NCBI GenBank assembly: GCA_964637315.1
Contig: CAZWTT010000001.1
Location: forward strand, 149,366-213,365
Length of the DNA: 64,000 bases
Direction: 5' to 3'
Source of the DNA: an uncultured Dehalococcoidia bacterium
GTDB lineage: Bacteria > Chloroflexota > Dehalococcoidia > Lucifugimonadales > UBA2962
Under the pieces are notes generated by a model. The model made no database searches. It saw only the letters and a list, made by a program, of their open reading frames with translations, and was not told the DNA's origin. The position numbers and the translations under genes are program-made. Below, one piece after another: positions 50,846-59,585 of this stretch (within the stretch, counting starts at the first letter, position 1; each line of letters begins with the position of its first letter).

Positions 50846-51657
50846 GCAGACCCAGGGTGATGACGGTCGCCGGGTCCGACTCGGGCGCCGGCGCCGGCAT
50901 CCAGGCCGACCTCAAGACGTTCGCCGCCCTCGGCGCCTACGGTACTTCCGTTGTCACAGCTATTACCGCGCAGAACACTCTCGGCGTCACAGCCGTGCAC
51001 GAGGTCCCAATCGCGACCATCGAGAAACAAATAGATAGCGTAATGGAGGACATCGGTGCCGATGCCGTCAAGACCGGTATGCTCGCCAGCGCTGAGATCA
51101 TCGAGGCCGTCGCACAAGGCCTGGGACGGCACGCCGTCAAGCGGTTGGTGGTGGACCCGGTGATGGTCGCGACCTCCGGCGACCGTCTGCTGAAAGAGGA
51201 CGCACAGGAGGCGCTCACTAGGTACCTGGTGCCGATGGCGGCGCTCGTCACACCCAACGTGCAGGAGGCGTCTGTCTTGGCCGACCGGCCCATCGAGACG
51301 ATGGAGCAAGTGCAGGACGCCGCACGGACCATCGCCGATCTGGGTGCGAATGCGGTTGTCATCACCGGGGGTCTGGGCTCCGGCCCGGCGACCGACCTTC
51401 TCTACGCTGGGGGAGAGTTCAAGGCGTTCACCAACGCCCGCATCGCCACTACCAGCACCCACGGCACCGGCTGCACGTTTGCCTCGGCCGCAGCAGTTGG
51501 ACTGGCCAAGGGAATGGGGGTGCGGGAGGCGGTGGCGACGGCCAAGCGCTATGTACTTGCTGCCATTCGTGGCGCATACCCGGTCGGCTCCGGAAACGGA
51601 CCTGTGGATCACTTCCACGGGCTCATCCGCGAGGAAGGCGTTCAAGAGGACAGGTGA
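50833..51657 (+). CDS. thiD: Hydroxymethylpyrimidine/phosphomethylpyrimidine kinase
   Basis: AGSDSGAGAGIQADLK, VKTGML, DPVM, TPN, HGTGC. Confidence 0.96.
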   Translation: MADVGRPRVMTVAGSDSGAGAGIQADLKTFAALGAYGTSVVTAITAQNTLGVTAVHEVPIATIEKQIDSVMEDIGADAVKTGMLASAEIIEAVAQGLGRHAVKRLVVDPVMVATSGDRLLKEDAQEALTRYLVPMAALVTPNVQEASVLADRPIETMEQVQDAARTIADLGANAVVITGGLGSGPATDLLYAGGEFKAFTNARIATTSTHGTGCTFASAAAVGLAKGMGVREAVATAKRYVLAAIRGAYPVGSGNGPVDHFHGLIREEGVQEDR

Positions 51658-51782
51658 AGCGAAGAAAACAAGTGGGTGGCGAGGGAGAGTTTCTACGTGC
51701 CGTGGCACCCGGTATAATTGCCGATGGCTCCGGGTGGACGGCATCCATGCCGCTCGGCTGACCGTAACTCAGGGAGGTCTGC

Positions 51783-51983
51783 ATGGACTCACAGGACAAA
51801 CAAGGGATGGGAAGCTCCCGCAGGGACTTCTTAAAAAAGATACCGCTGGGTGTGGCCGGAGCATTCGTGCTCACCACGCTGGGTGGCGGACTGCTCCGAC
51901 GCGGCCGCGGCGGTCGCGGTCAGATTGAGTTCGCGAAAGACTCGATCTTCCGTCCGCGAGACGGCGGACCGACGGAGGCCTAG
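51783..51983 (+). CDS. 66-aa protein with a twin-arginine (Tat-like) motif
   Basis: GGAGG SD; SRRDFLK followed by a hydrophobic stretch; TATAAT at 51713. Confidence 0.7.
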   Translation: MDSQDKQGMGSSRRDFLKKIPLGVAGAFVLTTLGGGLLRRGRGGRGQIEFAKDSIFRPRDGGPTEA

Positions 51984-51986
51984 GCG

Positions 51987-52667
51987 ATGCAGATGGTCAC
52001 ACGCCCGGGCGCAATGATCCTGGGATCGCGGCCCTGGGCGCTGCTGAGCAAGCCCGGTCTGTCGCTGTTTGAGGCGCTCCATCCGTCCGCGACGTATGTG
52101 CACAAGCTGGCCATGTCCCTGGCGCTCGTCGGAGTGCTGGTGGGCCTGGCGCGAGCGCGTTTTTTCTTGCCAGACAACCCGGTGCCGATAACCTTCCAGG
52201 GTTTTGGAGTGCTGTTGATCGGTGGGGTGCTGGGCTGGCGCTGGGGCCTGTTCTCGATTCTCGTCTACTACTTCATGGGCATGGCCGGTGTGCCGGTTTT
52301 CCAGGGCGGCGGTAATGGCTGGGCCTACACCGGGCAAGGTGTGACCGGCGGATACCTGATCGGCTTCATCGCCTCGGCTTGGCTGGTGGGCTACGTGTCA
52401 CAGCGCGGCTGGAACCGTGGCCGATCGATGTGGACGATGGTCTTGGGGATGTTGGTGGTCTACCTGCCTGCCATGCTGTGGCTCCGGTACGGTGACTTCT
52501 CCTGGCCGGCCGCCGGGGAGCTGTTCTCCTCGGGGATGTACCCGTTCATTCCGGGCGACCTGGTGAAGGCGATGCTCGCGGCCGTGGTCGTCGGGTTGGT
52601 CTGGAAGGTGGCCGACCGACGGGCCGCCGAGCGGGAAGAGAAGCAAGAGCGGAACGATACCGGCTAG
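51987..52667 (+). CDS. bioY: Biotin transporter BioY
   Basis: PVPITFQ, G.PVF.GG, TGGYLIGF, PFIPGDLVK. Confidence 0.92.
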   Translation: MQMVTRPGAMILGSRPWALLSKPGLSLFEALHPSATYVHKLAMSLALVGVLVGLARARFFLPDNPVPITFQGFGVLLIGGVLGWRWGLFSILVYYFMGMAGVPVFQGGGNGWAYTGQGVTGGYLIGFIASAWLVGYVSQRGWNRGRSMWTMVLGMLVVYLPAMLWLRYGDFSWPAAGELFSSGMYPFIPGDLVKAMLAAVVVGLVWKVADRRAAEREEKQERNDTG

Positions 52668-52690
52668 CGGGTACGAATCGAGCAGAACGA

Positions 52691-52721
52691 AAAAGGCCCC
52701 CGGCATTGCTGGGGGCCTTTT
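52691..52721. terminator. Bidirectional intrinsic terminator
   Basis: AAAAGGCCCCCGGC-ATT-GCTGGGGGCCTTTT. Confidence 0.88.
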
Positions 52722-52800
52722 ATTTTAGCTACTCTCCGCTCACTTTGTTCGCTCTATTTACCCTTCGCGCGAGCGCTTATCACTGCTCTGCTCGGCCTCA

Positions 52801-52841
52801 CCTCGCTCGTCAGGACTTCTTCGCGAAAGCGCTCATCGCTT
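52801..52841 (-). repeat. 41-bp repeat copy A (inverted relative to 58156-58196)
   Basis: Reverse complement AAGCGATGAGCGCTTTCGCGAAGAAGTCCTGACGAGCGAGG; 36/41 identical to copy B (hand count). Confidence 0.85.
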
Positions 52842-52858
52842 TGCACAACGACGCCGAA

Positions 52859-53737
52859 TTAGCTTTCGACGAGCTTGAGGCTGGAGTCTAGGTCGTTCCA
52901 GGGGATCATGGCATCCACCCAGCTTCCCAATCGGTTCAGGTAGACGTTGGCGGCATCGAGGAGATCCTTTAGTTCGGCGGTCGACGCCGCCGACTCGGCC
53001 GAGTCGGCCGCTTGGCTGATCAAGTCGGTTGCGGACGGGAAGCCCCACTTGCCCAGGCGAATCTCGGTACGCCGCAGATAGGCGGCGGCCACTTGGCCGG
53101 CCTGTGTGACGGGCAGCTCGTCGGCTAGCTGGCGAGCGACGTGCAGGTTCTCGGTGCCCCAGAACAGGTCGAAGTTGGAGTAGATGATACATGGGAGGTT
53201 GCCCATGGGCGGTCGCCTGTGGGTGCGCATGGCGGTCACGTCGGTGGGCTCTGTCTCCCAGACGTCCGCCGTCGCGACCCGCAGCGCGTCCGTGGCTGCG
53301 TTGCCGGTACTCGAAGGCTGCTTTTGGGTCTTCTCGGTGTAGGTTGTACCTCCCATGCGGACGGTGGCTGGTAGGGCACCGGCCGCCAATATGCGCTTGC
53401 CGGCGGCGACCGCCTTGGGCAGGTCTTCGGGGACGACCTTGGCGAACAGGTTGATGTAGCCGAAGGGCATGATCTCGCCGTAGAACAGACATAGCGTCTG
53501 GCTGCGCGGATAGTAGCCGATGTCCCCCGGCTCGACCGAAGGCACCTGGTTCTCGCCCGGAGGGGTGTAGAACGGGAGCATTGCGATGGTCTCGTCACCG
53601 GCGAACTTGGCGTTCACGCCGAACGTCGTGGTGGGCATGGCGCGCTCGAAGGCGGCGCAGGTCTCGGGAGCGTCGTCGCTGAGCAGTTCGGCCCGGACCG
53701 TCTCGCCGCCCATCTCCATCTCGAATATCTTTCCCAT
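52859..53737 (-). CDS. DUF3830/cyclophilin-like domain plus helical C-terminal domain; McbB/cucumopine synthase-like
   Basis: AELL.D.AP.TC, ENQ...PGDI.YY, LFYG, VVPED, VW.TEP, Y.NRL.SW....PW. Confidence 0.65.
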   Translation of the reverse strand: MGKIFEMEMGGETVRAELLSDDAPETCAAFERAMPTTTFGVNAKFAGDETIAMLPFYTPPGENQVPSVEPGDIGYYPRSQTLCLFYGEIMPFGYINLFAKVVPEDLPKAVAAGKRILAAGALPATVRMGGTTYTEKTQKQPSSTGNAATDALRVATADVWETEPTDVTAMRTHRRPPMGNLPCIIYSNFDLFWGTENLHVARQLADELPVTQAGQVAAAYLRRTEIRLGKWGFPSATDLISQAADSAESAASTAELKDLLDAANVYLNRLGSWVDAMIPWNDLDSSLKLVES

Positions 53738-53753
53738 CAGTTAAGCCACTCCT

Positions 53754-55106
53754 CTAATAAACCTTGTTTGAGCCGACGAGGGGTATTCCGCTCATGGCGG
53801 AGGCATCAACCGACAAGGCACGCAGGTCCTCCGGCTCAAGGTCGTGGATGTCGCGCTTGCCGCAGGCGCGGGCTAGGAGCTGAATCTCCAGAGTCAGTGC
53901 ATTGAGGTAGTTGAACACCCTGTCCGCAGCCTCTTCCGGGTCCAGGCGTGCCTCTAGCGCCGGGTCTTGCGTTGTGATTCCCACGGGACACAGGCCAGTG
54001 TGGCAGTGGTGGCAGGCGCCTGCCCGCGTACCCAGAGCAGCATAGTCTTTGGTATAGATGGCCTTGTTGCAGTTGAGGGCGATCAATGCGGCCGTGCCGA
54101 TGGCCACACCCTTGGCTCCCAACGCCAGCGCCTTGGCCATGTCGGCGCCGTTGGTGAGGCCGCCGGAGACGACCAGGTCGACCTCGTCCTCCAAGCCCAG
54201 TTCCTCGAGTGCGCGAACGGCCTCCGCGGTGGCGGGCATGGTGGGGATGCCGGTGTGGTCGAGCTGCAGCTCCGGCGACGCGCCGGTGCCGCCCTCCATG
54301 CCGTCTATGACGATGACGTCCGCGCCCACCTTGGCCGCGAGCTTGACGTCGGCGGTGACCCGTCCCGCTCCGAGTTTGAGGAATATCGGAACACGGCCAT
54401 CGGTAACTTCCCGCAACTCTTCCATCTTGATCATCAGGTCATCGGCGCCCATCCAGTCGGGGTGCCGAACCGGGCTTCGCTGGTCGACGCCGGCTGGCAG
54501 GTCGCGCTGATCGGCTATGGTGTCGGAGACCTTCAGGCCCAGCAGCAGCCCGCCGGTGCCGGGCTTGGCCCCCTGGCCGATGATGATCTCGAGTGCGTTG
54601 GCCGAGCGCAAGTCGTCAGGGCTGAAGCCGTAACGGCTGGGTAGGACTTGATACATGAGGAGCTTGGACGCCTCGCGCTCGGCCGTCAGCATGCCGCCGT
54701 CGCCGGTGACGGTCATGGTGCCGATGCGGGTGGCCGCCGTTCCTAGTGCGACCTTGGCTGTCGCCGACAACGCTCCGTAGCTCATGCCGGCGATGTAGAC
54801 GGGTGTCTCCAGCCTGATCGGCTCGGAAGCGTTGCGCGAACCCAGCACTGTTTCGGTGCTGCACTTCTCCCGGTAGCCTTCGAGTGGCACTCTGCTCATA
54901 CCCGAGGTAATGAACGTCAGGTCGTCGAAGGACGGCAGCTTGCGCAGCGTGCCGAAGCCGCGGATGCGGTAGCGACCCAGCTCTGACTTGGTGTGGATGT
55001 CCTCGATGACCTCGGGGCCGAAAAAGAAGCTCTCTCGCAGGAGCGGTCGGATCTCTTCCGATTCGCCGTTGGTGGGGCCGCCATTATTCGTTGCGCCGTC
55101 GCTCAA
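53754..55106 (-). CDS. glxD: FMN-binding glutamate synthase family protein (N-methylglutamate synthase subunit C-like)
   Basis: LEGYREKC, GMSYGALS, TGDGGM, GQGAKPGTGG, CHHCHTGLCPVGI.TQ; TTGA overlap with glxC. Confidence 0.88.
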   Translation of the reverse strand: MSDGATNNGGPTNGESEEIRPLLRESFFFGPEVIEDIHTKSELGRYRIRGFGTLRKLPSFDDLTFITSGMSRVPLEGYREKCSTETVLGSRNASEPIRLETPVYIAGMSYGALSATAKVALGTAATRIGTMTVTGDGGMLTAEREASKLLMYQVLPSRYGFSPDDLRSANALEIIIGQGAKPGTGGLLLGLKVSDTIADQRDLPAGVDQRSPVRHPDWMGADDLMIKMEELREVTDGRVPIFLKLGAGRVTADVKLAAKVGADVIVIDGMEGGTGASPELQLDHTGIPTMPATAEAVRALEELGLEDEVDLVVSGGLTNGADMAKALALGAKGVAIGTAALIALNCNKAIYTKDYAALGTRAGACHHCHTGLCPVGITTQDPALEARLDPEEAADRVFNYLNALTLEIQLLARACGKRDIHDLEPEDLRALSVDASAMSGIPLVGSNKVY

Positions 55107-55798
55107 AGCGCGGTCCTCCAAATCTTGAAATCGGCTTTGTCAAAGTTGTAGAGACGCTTGTCCGAGACGATCTTCTTGAACTCGGACGCATCCGGCACTC
55201 CGGCGACATGGTAGCGGGCGAGCAGGTCGGTCAACTCCCTCGATTCCTCGGGAGCCATGTCCTCTGTGGTCGCCCCGTTGCCCAGATCACTGACGTTGCC
55301 ACGGACGAACATGCGACTCTCGTATATGGAGTCGGCGAAGGCCTCGCCGGTGTCGCCACAGACGATGAAAACGCCCTTCTGGCTGACGAAGCCCGACATG
55401 TAGTCGACCGTTCCGCCGATCACGATCAACCCGCCCTTTTGCGAGATGCCTGTTCGTGGACCGGTGTTGCCATGGACCACCAGCGTGCCACCTCTGATGG
55501 CCGCGCCCGCGGCCGCGCTTGCGTTGCCATGCACGATGACGCTTCCGGACTGCATGTCCGATGCGACGGACCAGCCAGCGTTGCCGGTGACCTCGATGTC
55601 GGCGAGTTGGAGCATGCCACCGCAGTAGTAACCGACATTGCCTTCCAGCACAACCTTGCCGGGCTGGTTGAGGCCGACCGCTAGGTTGTGACGGGACTCG
55701 GTGTGGGTGACCAGCACCTCGCCGTCGGCGGTGAGGCCGGCCTTGATGGCCGTGTTTACTTCCCGGAGGGTGAGGCCTTTTGCGTCTATCGATGCCAA
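55103..55798 (-). CDS. glxC: GXGXG-motif glutamate synthase subunit (MgsB-like)
   Basis: HNLAVGL, GYYCGGM, GXGXG beta-helix repeats, LYNF. Confidence 0.85.
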   Translation of the reverse strand: MASIDAKGLTLREVNTAIKAGLTADGEVLVTHTESRHNLAVGLNQPGKVVLEGNVGYYCGGMLQLADIEVTGNAGWSVASDMQSGSVIVHGNASAAAGAAIRGGTLVVHGNTGPRTGISQKGGLIVIGGTVDYMSGFVSQKGVFIVCGDTGEAFADSIYESRMFVRGNVSDLGNGATTEDMAPEESRELTDLLARYHVAGVPDASEFKKIVSDKRLYNFDKADFKIWRTAL

Positions 55799-56706
55799 GT
55801 GCGCACCGTCCTTGCCGTGGGTTCGTGGACCCTCGTGTTCGCGGTCATCACCGGCTCCAGTGCCACCTCTTCGGAGGCCATGGCGACGAAGCCGTCGTCC
55901 TCCGCCACGATCAGTGGTTTGGTGGAGAAGCGGTCCTTGGCGAAGCCGATGCCGTCCCTGGTGGCTACGAGATACGTGAAGGTCCCGTCGAGGCCCTCGA
56001 TGGAGTCGGTGAGGGCCTCCTCCAGCGAAACCCCCGCCCTTAGACGGTCGGCGATGAAGACCGCGATCACCTCTGAGTCGTTGGTGGTGAGGAACTCGTA
56101 GCCCCGGCGCTGGAAGGAGCGTCGCAGCTTGTTGTCGTTGGTTAGCTGCCCGTTGTGCACCACGGCGATGTCCGGGAAAGGCCGAGCCCAGAAGGGATGC
56201 GAGTAACAGATATCGACTCTGCTCTCGGTGGCCAGTCGCGTATGCGCGATGCCGTGCGTGCCCCGAAACCCGGCGACGTCGTAGACGGACAGTTCGGCGG
56301 CCGGACCCACGTCCTTGATGATCTCCATGGCGTTGCCGATGCTGAAAAGCTCGACCCCGACCGACTCGACCGCGTGGGTGATGCGGGTCATGTGGTCGAG
56401 GTCATTGATGTCTTCTATGCCACGCAGTTCGACGCGGGCGATGTTACCGGAGTACCGCGCGCTCGCTATCGTGGCGACCTCGCCCACCCGGTCGCGTATC
56501 TCCGCGAGCCTAGCTTCGGAGTCTCCACCTTCGCTCTCCAGGTGGACGCGGAGCGCGAGGTGGCCGGTCGGCAGGTCGCCGTACAGGGCCATGCCGGTGG
56601 AGTCGAGGCCGCGGCTGCCGAGCACGGTGGCCATGTCGGTCAGACGCGTCCCGAGGGGCGTCTCGGAACCGCCGTTTATGTAAAAGAAACCGGCTATGCC
56701 ACACAT
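55786..56706 (-). CDS. glxB: Class II (Ntn) glutamine amidotransferase (MgsA-like)
   Basis: MCGIAG, RGLDSTG, HTRLATES, SHPF, VHNGQLTN, NDSE, LDG.FT. Confidence 0.88.
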   Translation of the reverse strand: MCGIAGFFYINGGSETPLGTRLTDMATVLGSRGLDSTGMALYGDLPTGHLALRVHLESEGGDSEARLAEIRDRVGEVATIASARYSGNIARVELRGIEDINDLDHMTRITHAVESVGVELFSIGNAMEIIKDVGPAAELSVYDVAGFRGTHGIAHTRLATESRVDICYSHPFWARPFPDIAVVHNGQLTNDNKLRRSFQRRGYEFLTTNDSEVIAVFIADRLRAGVSLEEALTDSIEGLDGTFTYLVATRDGIGFAKDRFSTKPLIVAEDDGFVAMASEEVALEPVMTANTRVHEPTARTVRTWHR

Positions 56707-56772
56707 GGTGTTGTCTCGCTGGGAGTGGTTGGGCCCCACGCGGTCGGCAGGGCTTTTTGTGACTAGTAAAGC

Positions 56773-56820
56773 AGTCTATGGTCGCCGGTCGGGGCCAGTC
56801 AATACACGTTTCTGGCCCCG
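56773..56820 (-). promoter_or_regulatory. Promoter of the glxBCD operon with an overlapping inverted repeat
   Basis: Minus strand TTGACT-N18-TAGACT; CGGGGCCAG-N13-CTGGCCCCG spans the -35 box. Confidence 0.6.
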
Positions 56821-56905
56821 CCGGTGCTAGACTTACCATCTCGGCACCGCGACCCGACGGCAACGCCGTCTGCTAAGCGGCAGTACCTCGAATTTGTGAG
56901 GCTTT

Positions 56906-58141
56906 GTGGCTTTGGCCGGTGCTCTTTCTCGCATAAAGACCTTCGAGTCCCTTCGGCTCCGTGACTTCCGGCTGCTGTTCGCGGCGAGCATGGGCACATC
57001 CGGCGGATACTTTTTCCAGCAGGTCATCATCGGGTGGTTAACCTACGACATCACCCGCTCGCCGTTCCTGACGGCTCTCGCCCTGGGGCTCGACACGCTT
57101 CCCAACCTGATTGGAGGGCCGATGGGAGGCGTGTTGGTCGATAATCTCGATCGCCGGAAATTGTTGATACTGATCCCTGCCTACCAGTGCACGCTGAGCG
57201 TGGCCTTCGGCCTGATTGTATTGCTCGGGTGGCTCCAGACCTGGCACATCTTCACGTTCATCGTTTTGATGGGCTTTTCCTGGGTATTGGTGGAGCCGGC
57301 GCGCATGGCGATCACTCCGGGCATCGTGGGTGAGGCTAGGCTGGTGAACGCCTTCTCGCTGATCCAGGTGGCGTTCAACTCGACCCGTTTGGTGGGGCCG
57401 TTCATCGGCGGCGTCGTACTGGCTGCATTTGGTCCCGGTCCAACCCTGTTCGTGGAAGCGGGGTCGCAGTTCATGGCCGTGGGAATGGCGGTAATGATGC
57501 GGGCCCCAGTCCAGTCGGTGACCAGGGTCACGGTCGGGTCCGCGATGAGGGACCTGAGGGAATCGATCAGGCTGGTAAGGGACACTCCCGTGTTGCAAGG
57601 GTTGATGCTGTTTGCGTTGCTCACCCCGCTGGTGGTGGTGCCCTTCGCCTACGGGCTGATGCCTGTATTGGCGGCGGATATCTTCGAAGTGGGGCCGGCC
57701 CGGTATGGGACGCTCCTATCCCTGATCGGAGTGGGCGCCGTGGCTGGCACCGTGGTGCTGGCCTCGATGGGGGACGTCCCGCACAAGGGACTCGCCATTG
57801 TCGTCTCTCTATTCACCGCCGCCGTCGGCCTAGCCATATTGGCCGCCTCGTCGTCGTTCTCAGTCGCCGTCGTGGCCGCGCTGGTGATCGGCGCCGGCTA
57901 TGCCGGGACGCAGACGCTTGTTACATCTCTCCTCCAGCGATTGGTGGCTCCCGAGTTCCGGGGCCGCATCTCGGGGATCTGGATGATGACCTGGGGAACG
58001 GTTGCCGGGGGCGGGCTGGTGGCCGGCTGGCTGGCCGATGCCTATGGGGCGCCGACCTCCGCGGCGGTGGGCGCAACGATCATCGTCGCGGCCGTGCTGG
58101 TGATCGGGGCGACCTACAAGACGGTCCGGTCGTTGGAGTAA
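56906..58141 (+). CDS. MFS transporter (MFS_3-like)
   Basis: FESLR.RDFR, GGVLVDNLDRRK motif A, about 12 TM, EFRGRI. Confidence 0.92.
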   Translation: MALAGALSRIKTFESLRLRDFRLLFAASMGTSGGYFFQQVIIGWLTYDITRSPFLTALALGLDTLPNLIGGPMGGVLVDNLDRRKLLILIPAYQCTLSVAFGLIVLLGWLQTWHIFTFIVLMGFSWVLVEPARMAITPGIVGEARLVNAFSLIQVAFNSTRLVGPFIGGVVLAAFGPGPTLFVEAGSQFMAVGMAVMMRAPVQSVTRVTVGSAMRDLRESIRLVRDTPVLQGLMLFALLTPLVVVPFAYGLMPVLAADIFEVGPARYGTLLSLIGVGAVAGTVVLASMGDVPHKGLAIVVSLFTAAVGLAILAASSSFSVAVVAALVIGAGYAGTQTLVTSLLQRLVAPEFRGRISGIWMMTWGTVAGGGLVAGWLADAYGAPTSAAVGATIIVAAVLVIGATYKTVRSLE

Positions 58142-58155
58142 CCGTTCGAATGCCG

Positions 58156-58196
58156 AAGCGATGAGCGCTTGCGTGAAGAAGCCTTGATGAGCGAGG
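58156..58196 (+). repeat. 41-bp repeat copy B, running into hairpin GCGAGGC-TCC-GCCTCGC
   Basis: AAGCGATGAGCGCTTGCGTGAAGAAGCCTTGATGAGCGAGG. Confidence 0.85.
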
Positions 58197-58212
58197 CTCC
58201 GCCTCGCGGAGC

Positions 58213-59553
58213 TTAATACAACTCCAAATACTCGGCAGACTCCCAGTCGGTGATGTGGGCCCTGAAACGGGCAAGCTCGTATTGCCGCATGACGGTGTAG
58301 GCGGTCACGAAGTCGTTGCCCAGTAGGTCTGCGAACGCCGTGTCCGACTCTAGGGCGGCGAGTGATTCCTCCAGGGTGCCGGGCAGTTTTTCGTATTGAG
58401 CATCGTCCTCCACGGGACCGGCGCTCGGGTCCGGGGTCTCGGCGGCGACGCCCTTTCCCAGTCCAAGCAACCCGGTGGCCAGCACCCCGGCGACCGCGAG
58501 ATACGGGTTGGCGAGGCCGGTGCCGAGCCGGTTTTCCAGGTGCGTGTTGTCGTCACGGGAGTTCTTCGCCCGCACGGCCGCGCTGCGGTCCTGTGGCCCC
58601 CAGCTGATGTTGGACGGGGCGAAATGGTGGGGAACGAACCGGCTGTAGCAGTTGATGGTGGGAGCCAGCAGCGCCATGGACGCCCGGGTATGGTCCAGCA
58701 TGCCCTGTATGAACTGGCGTGCCGTGGACGACAAACCATCCGAGTCCTCTAGATCGAGGAAGACGTTGGCGCCGGTGGCCTTGTCGGTGAGACCGATGTG
58801 AATGTGGCAGCCGGATGCCGCATTGTCGGGGAGCGGCTTGGTCATGAAGGTAGCGTTGTAACCCATCTGGTGAGCGATGGTCTTGACGCCGTTCTTGAAA
58901 GTGAAGCCGTGATCGGCCGCTGCAAGCCCCTCAGCCGGCGCAAAATTGATCTCGAACTGGGATGGAGCGTACTCGCAGTTGGCGGTGATGATGTCGATCC
59001 CGGCGCGCGGCATCTCCTCAAGGATCCTGTCGATGACCGGCAGGTAGCGGTTGCGGATGGTGTTGAAGATGTGCAGGCCGCCGAAGTAGGGTTCGGAGTC
59101 GTCCGGTGACAGGACGTAGAACTCGTACTCGAGGCCCACCTTGACCTCGTAGCCCATTGCGTCTGCCTTCGCCAAGAGCTGGCGTAGTAACCAGCGCGGA
59201 CCCACCCGGTGTGGGGTGCCGTCCTCCCATTCGCCCTCGCAGATAAGGCGCGCCGTATTGTCCAACCAGGGAACGACAATGGCGGTGTCTAGGTCGGGCT
59301 TGAGGTACTGGTCGGCGTAGTTGACCTCTTCGTTGTACAGGGTCCCGGGCACGACTGACGACGCGGTGTCGAGCACGACGGTGCCTCCGTACATGTTCAG
59401 GCCCTTTTCGGCGTAGCTCTCGACGTGGTCAAGGGGGACGAGCTTCGATCGGCTCACCCCGTGCATGTCGGGCAACTCGAACTGGACGTGGGTGATGCCC
59501 TGCTCACCCCAACCCCTGACGAGGTCCGCGATGGTCCTGTTGCTTTTCGCCAT
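58213..59553 (-). CDS. Glutamine synthetase family protein (probable gamma-glutamyl-amine ligase)
   Basis: DMHGVSRSK, GLEYEF, EYAPSQFE, ATFMTKP, SGCHIH, ENR, NPYL; AAGGA SD. Confidence 0.88.
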   Translation of the reverse strand: MAKSNRTIADLVRGWGEQGITHVQFELPDMHGVSRSKLVPLDHVESYAEKGLNMYGGTVVLDTASSVVPGTLYNEEVNYADQYLKPDLDTAIVVPWLDNTARLICEGEWEDGTPHRVGPRWLLRQLLAKADAMGYEVKVGLEYEFYVLSPDDSEPYFGGLHIFNTIRNRYLPVIDRILEEMPRAGIDIITANCEYAPSQFEINFAPAEGLAAADHGFTFKNGVKTIAHQMGYNATFMTKPLPDNAASGCHIHIGLTDKATGANVFLDLEDSDGLSSTARQFIQGMLDHTRASMALLAPTINCYSRFVPHHFAPSNISWGPQDRSAAVRAKNSRDDNTHLENRLGTGLANPYLAVAGVLATGLLGLGKGVAAETPDPSAGPVEDDAQYEKLPGTLEESLAALESDTAFADLLGNDFVTAYTVMRQYELARFRAHITDWESAEYLELY

Positions 59554-59585
59554 TGTTTTATCCTTCCTGTTGATGTGTGGCCGCC

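Noticed and set aside
52770-58212. Hammerhead ribozyme reading of the 41-bp repeat (CTGACGA/TTGATGA plus stem)
   Set aside because: The required GAAA after stem II is absent (GAAG or GGAG instead), and stems I and III could not be built
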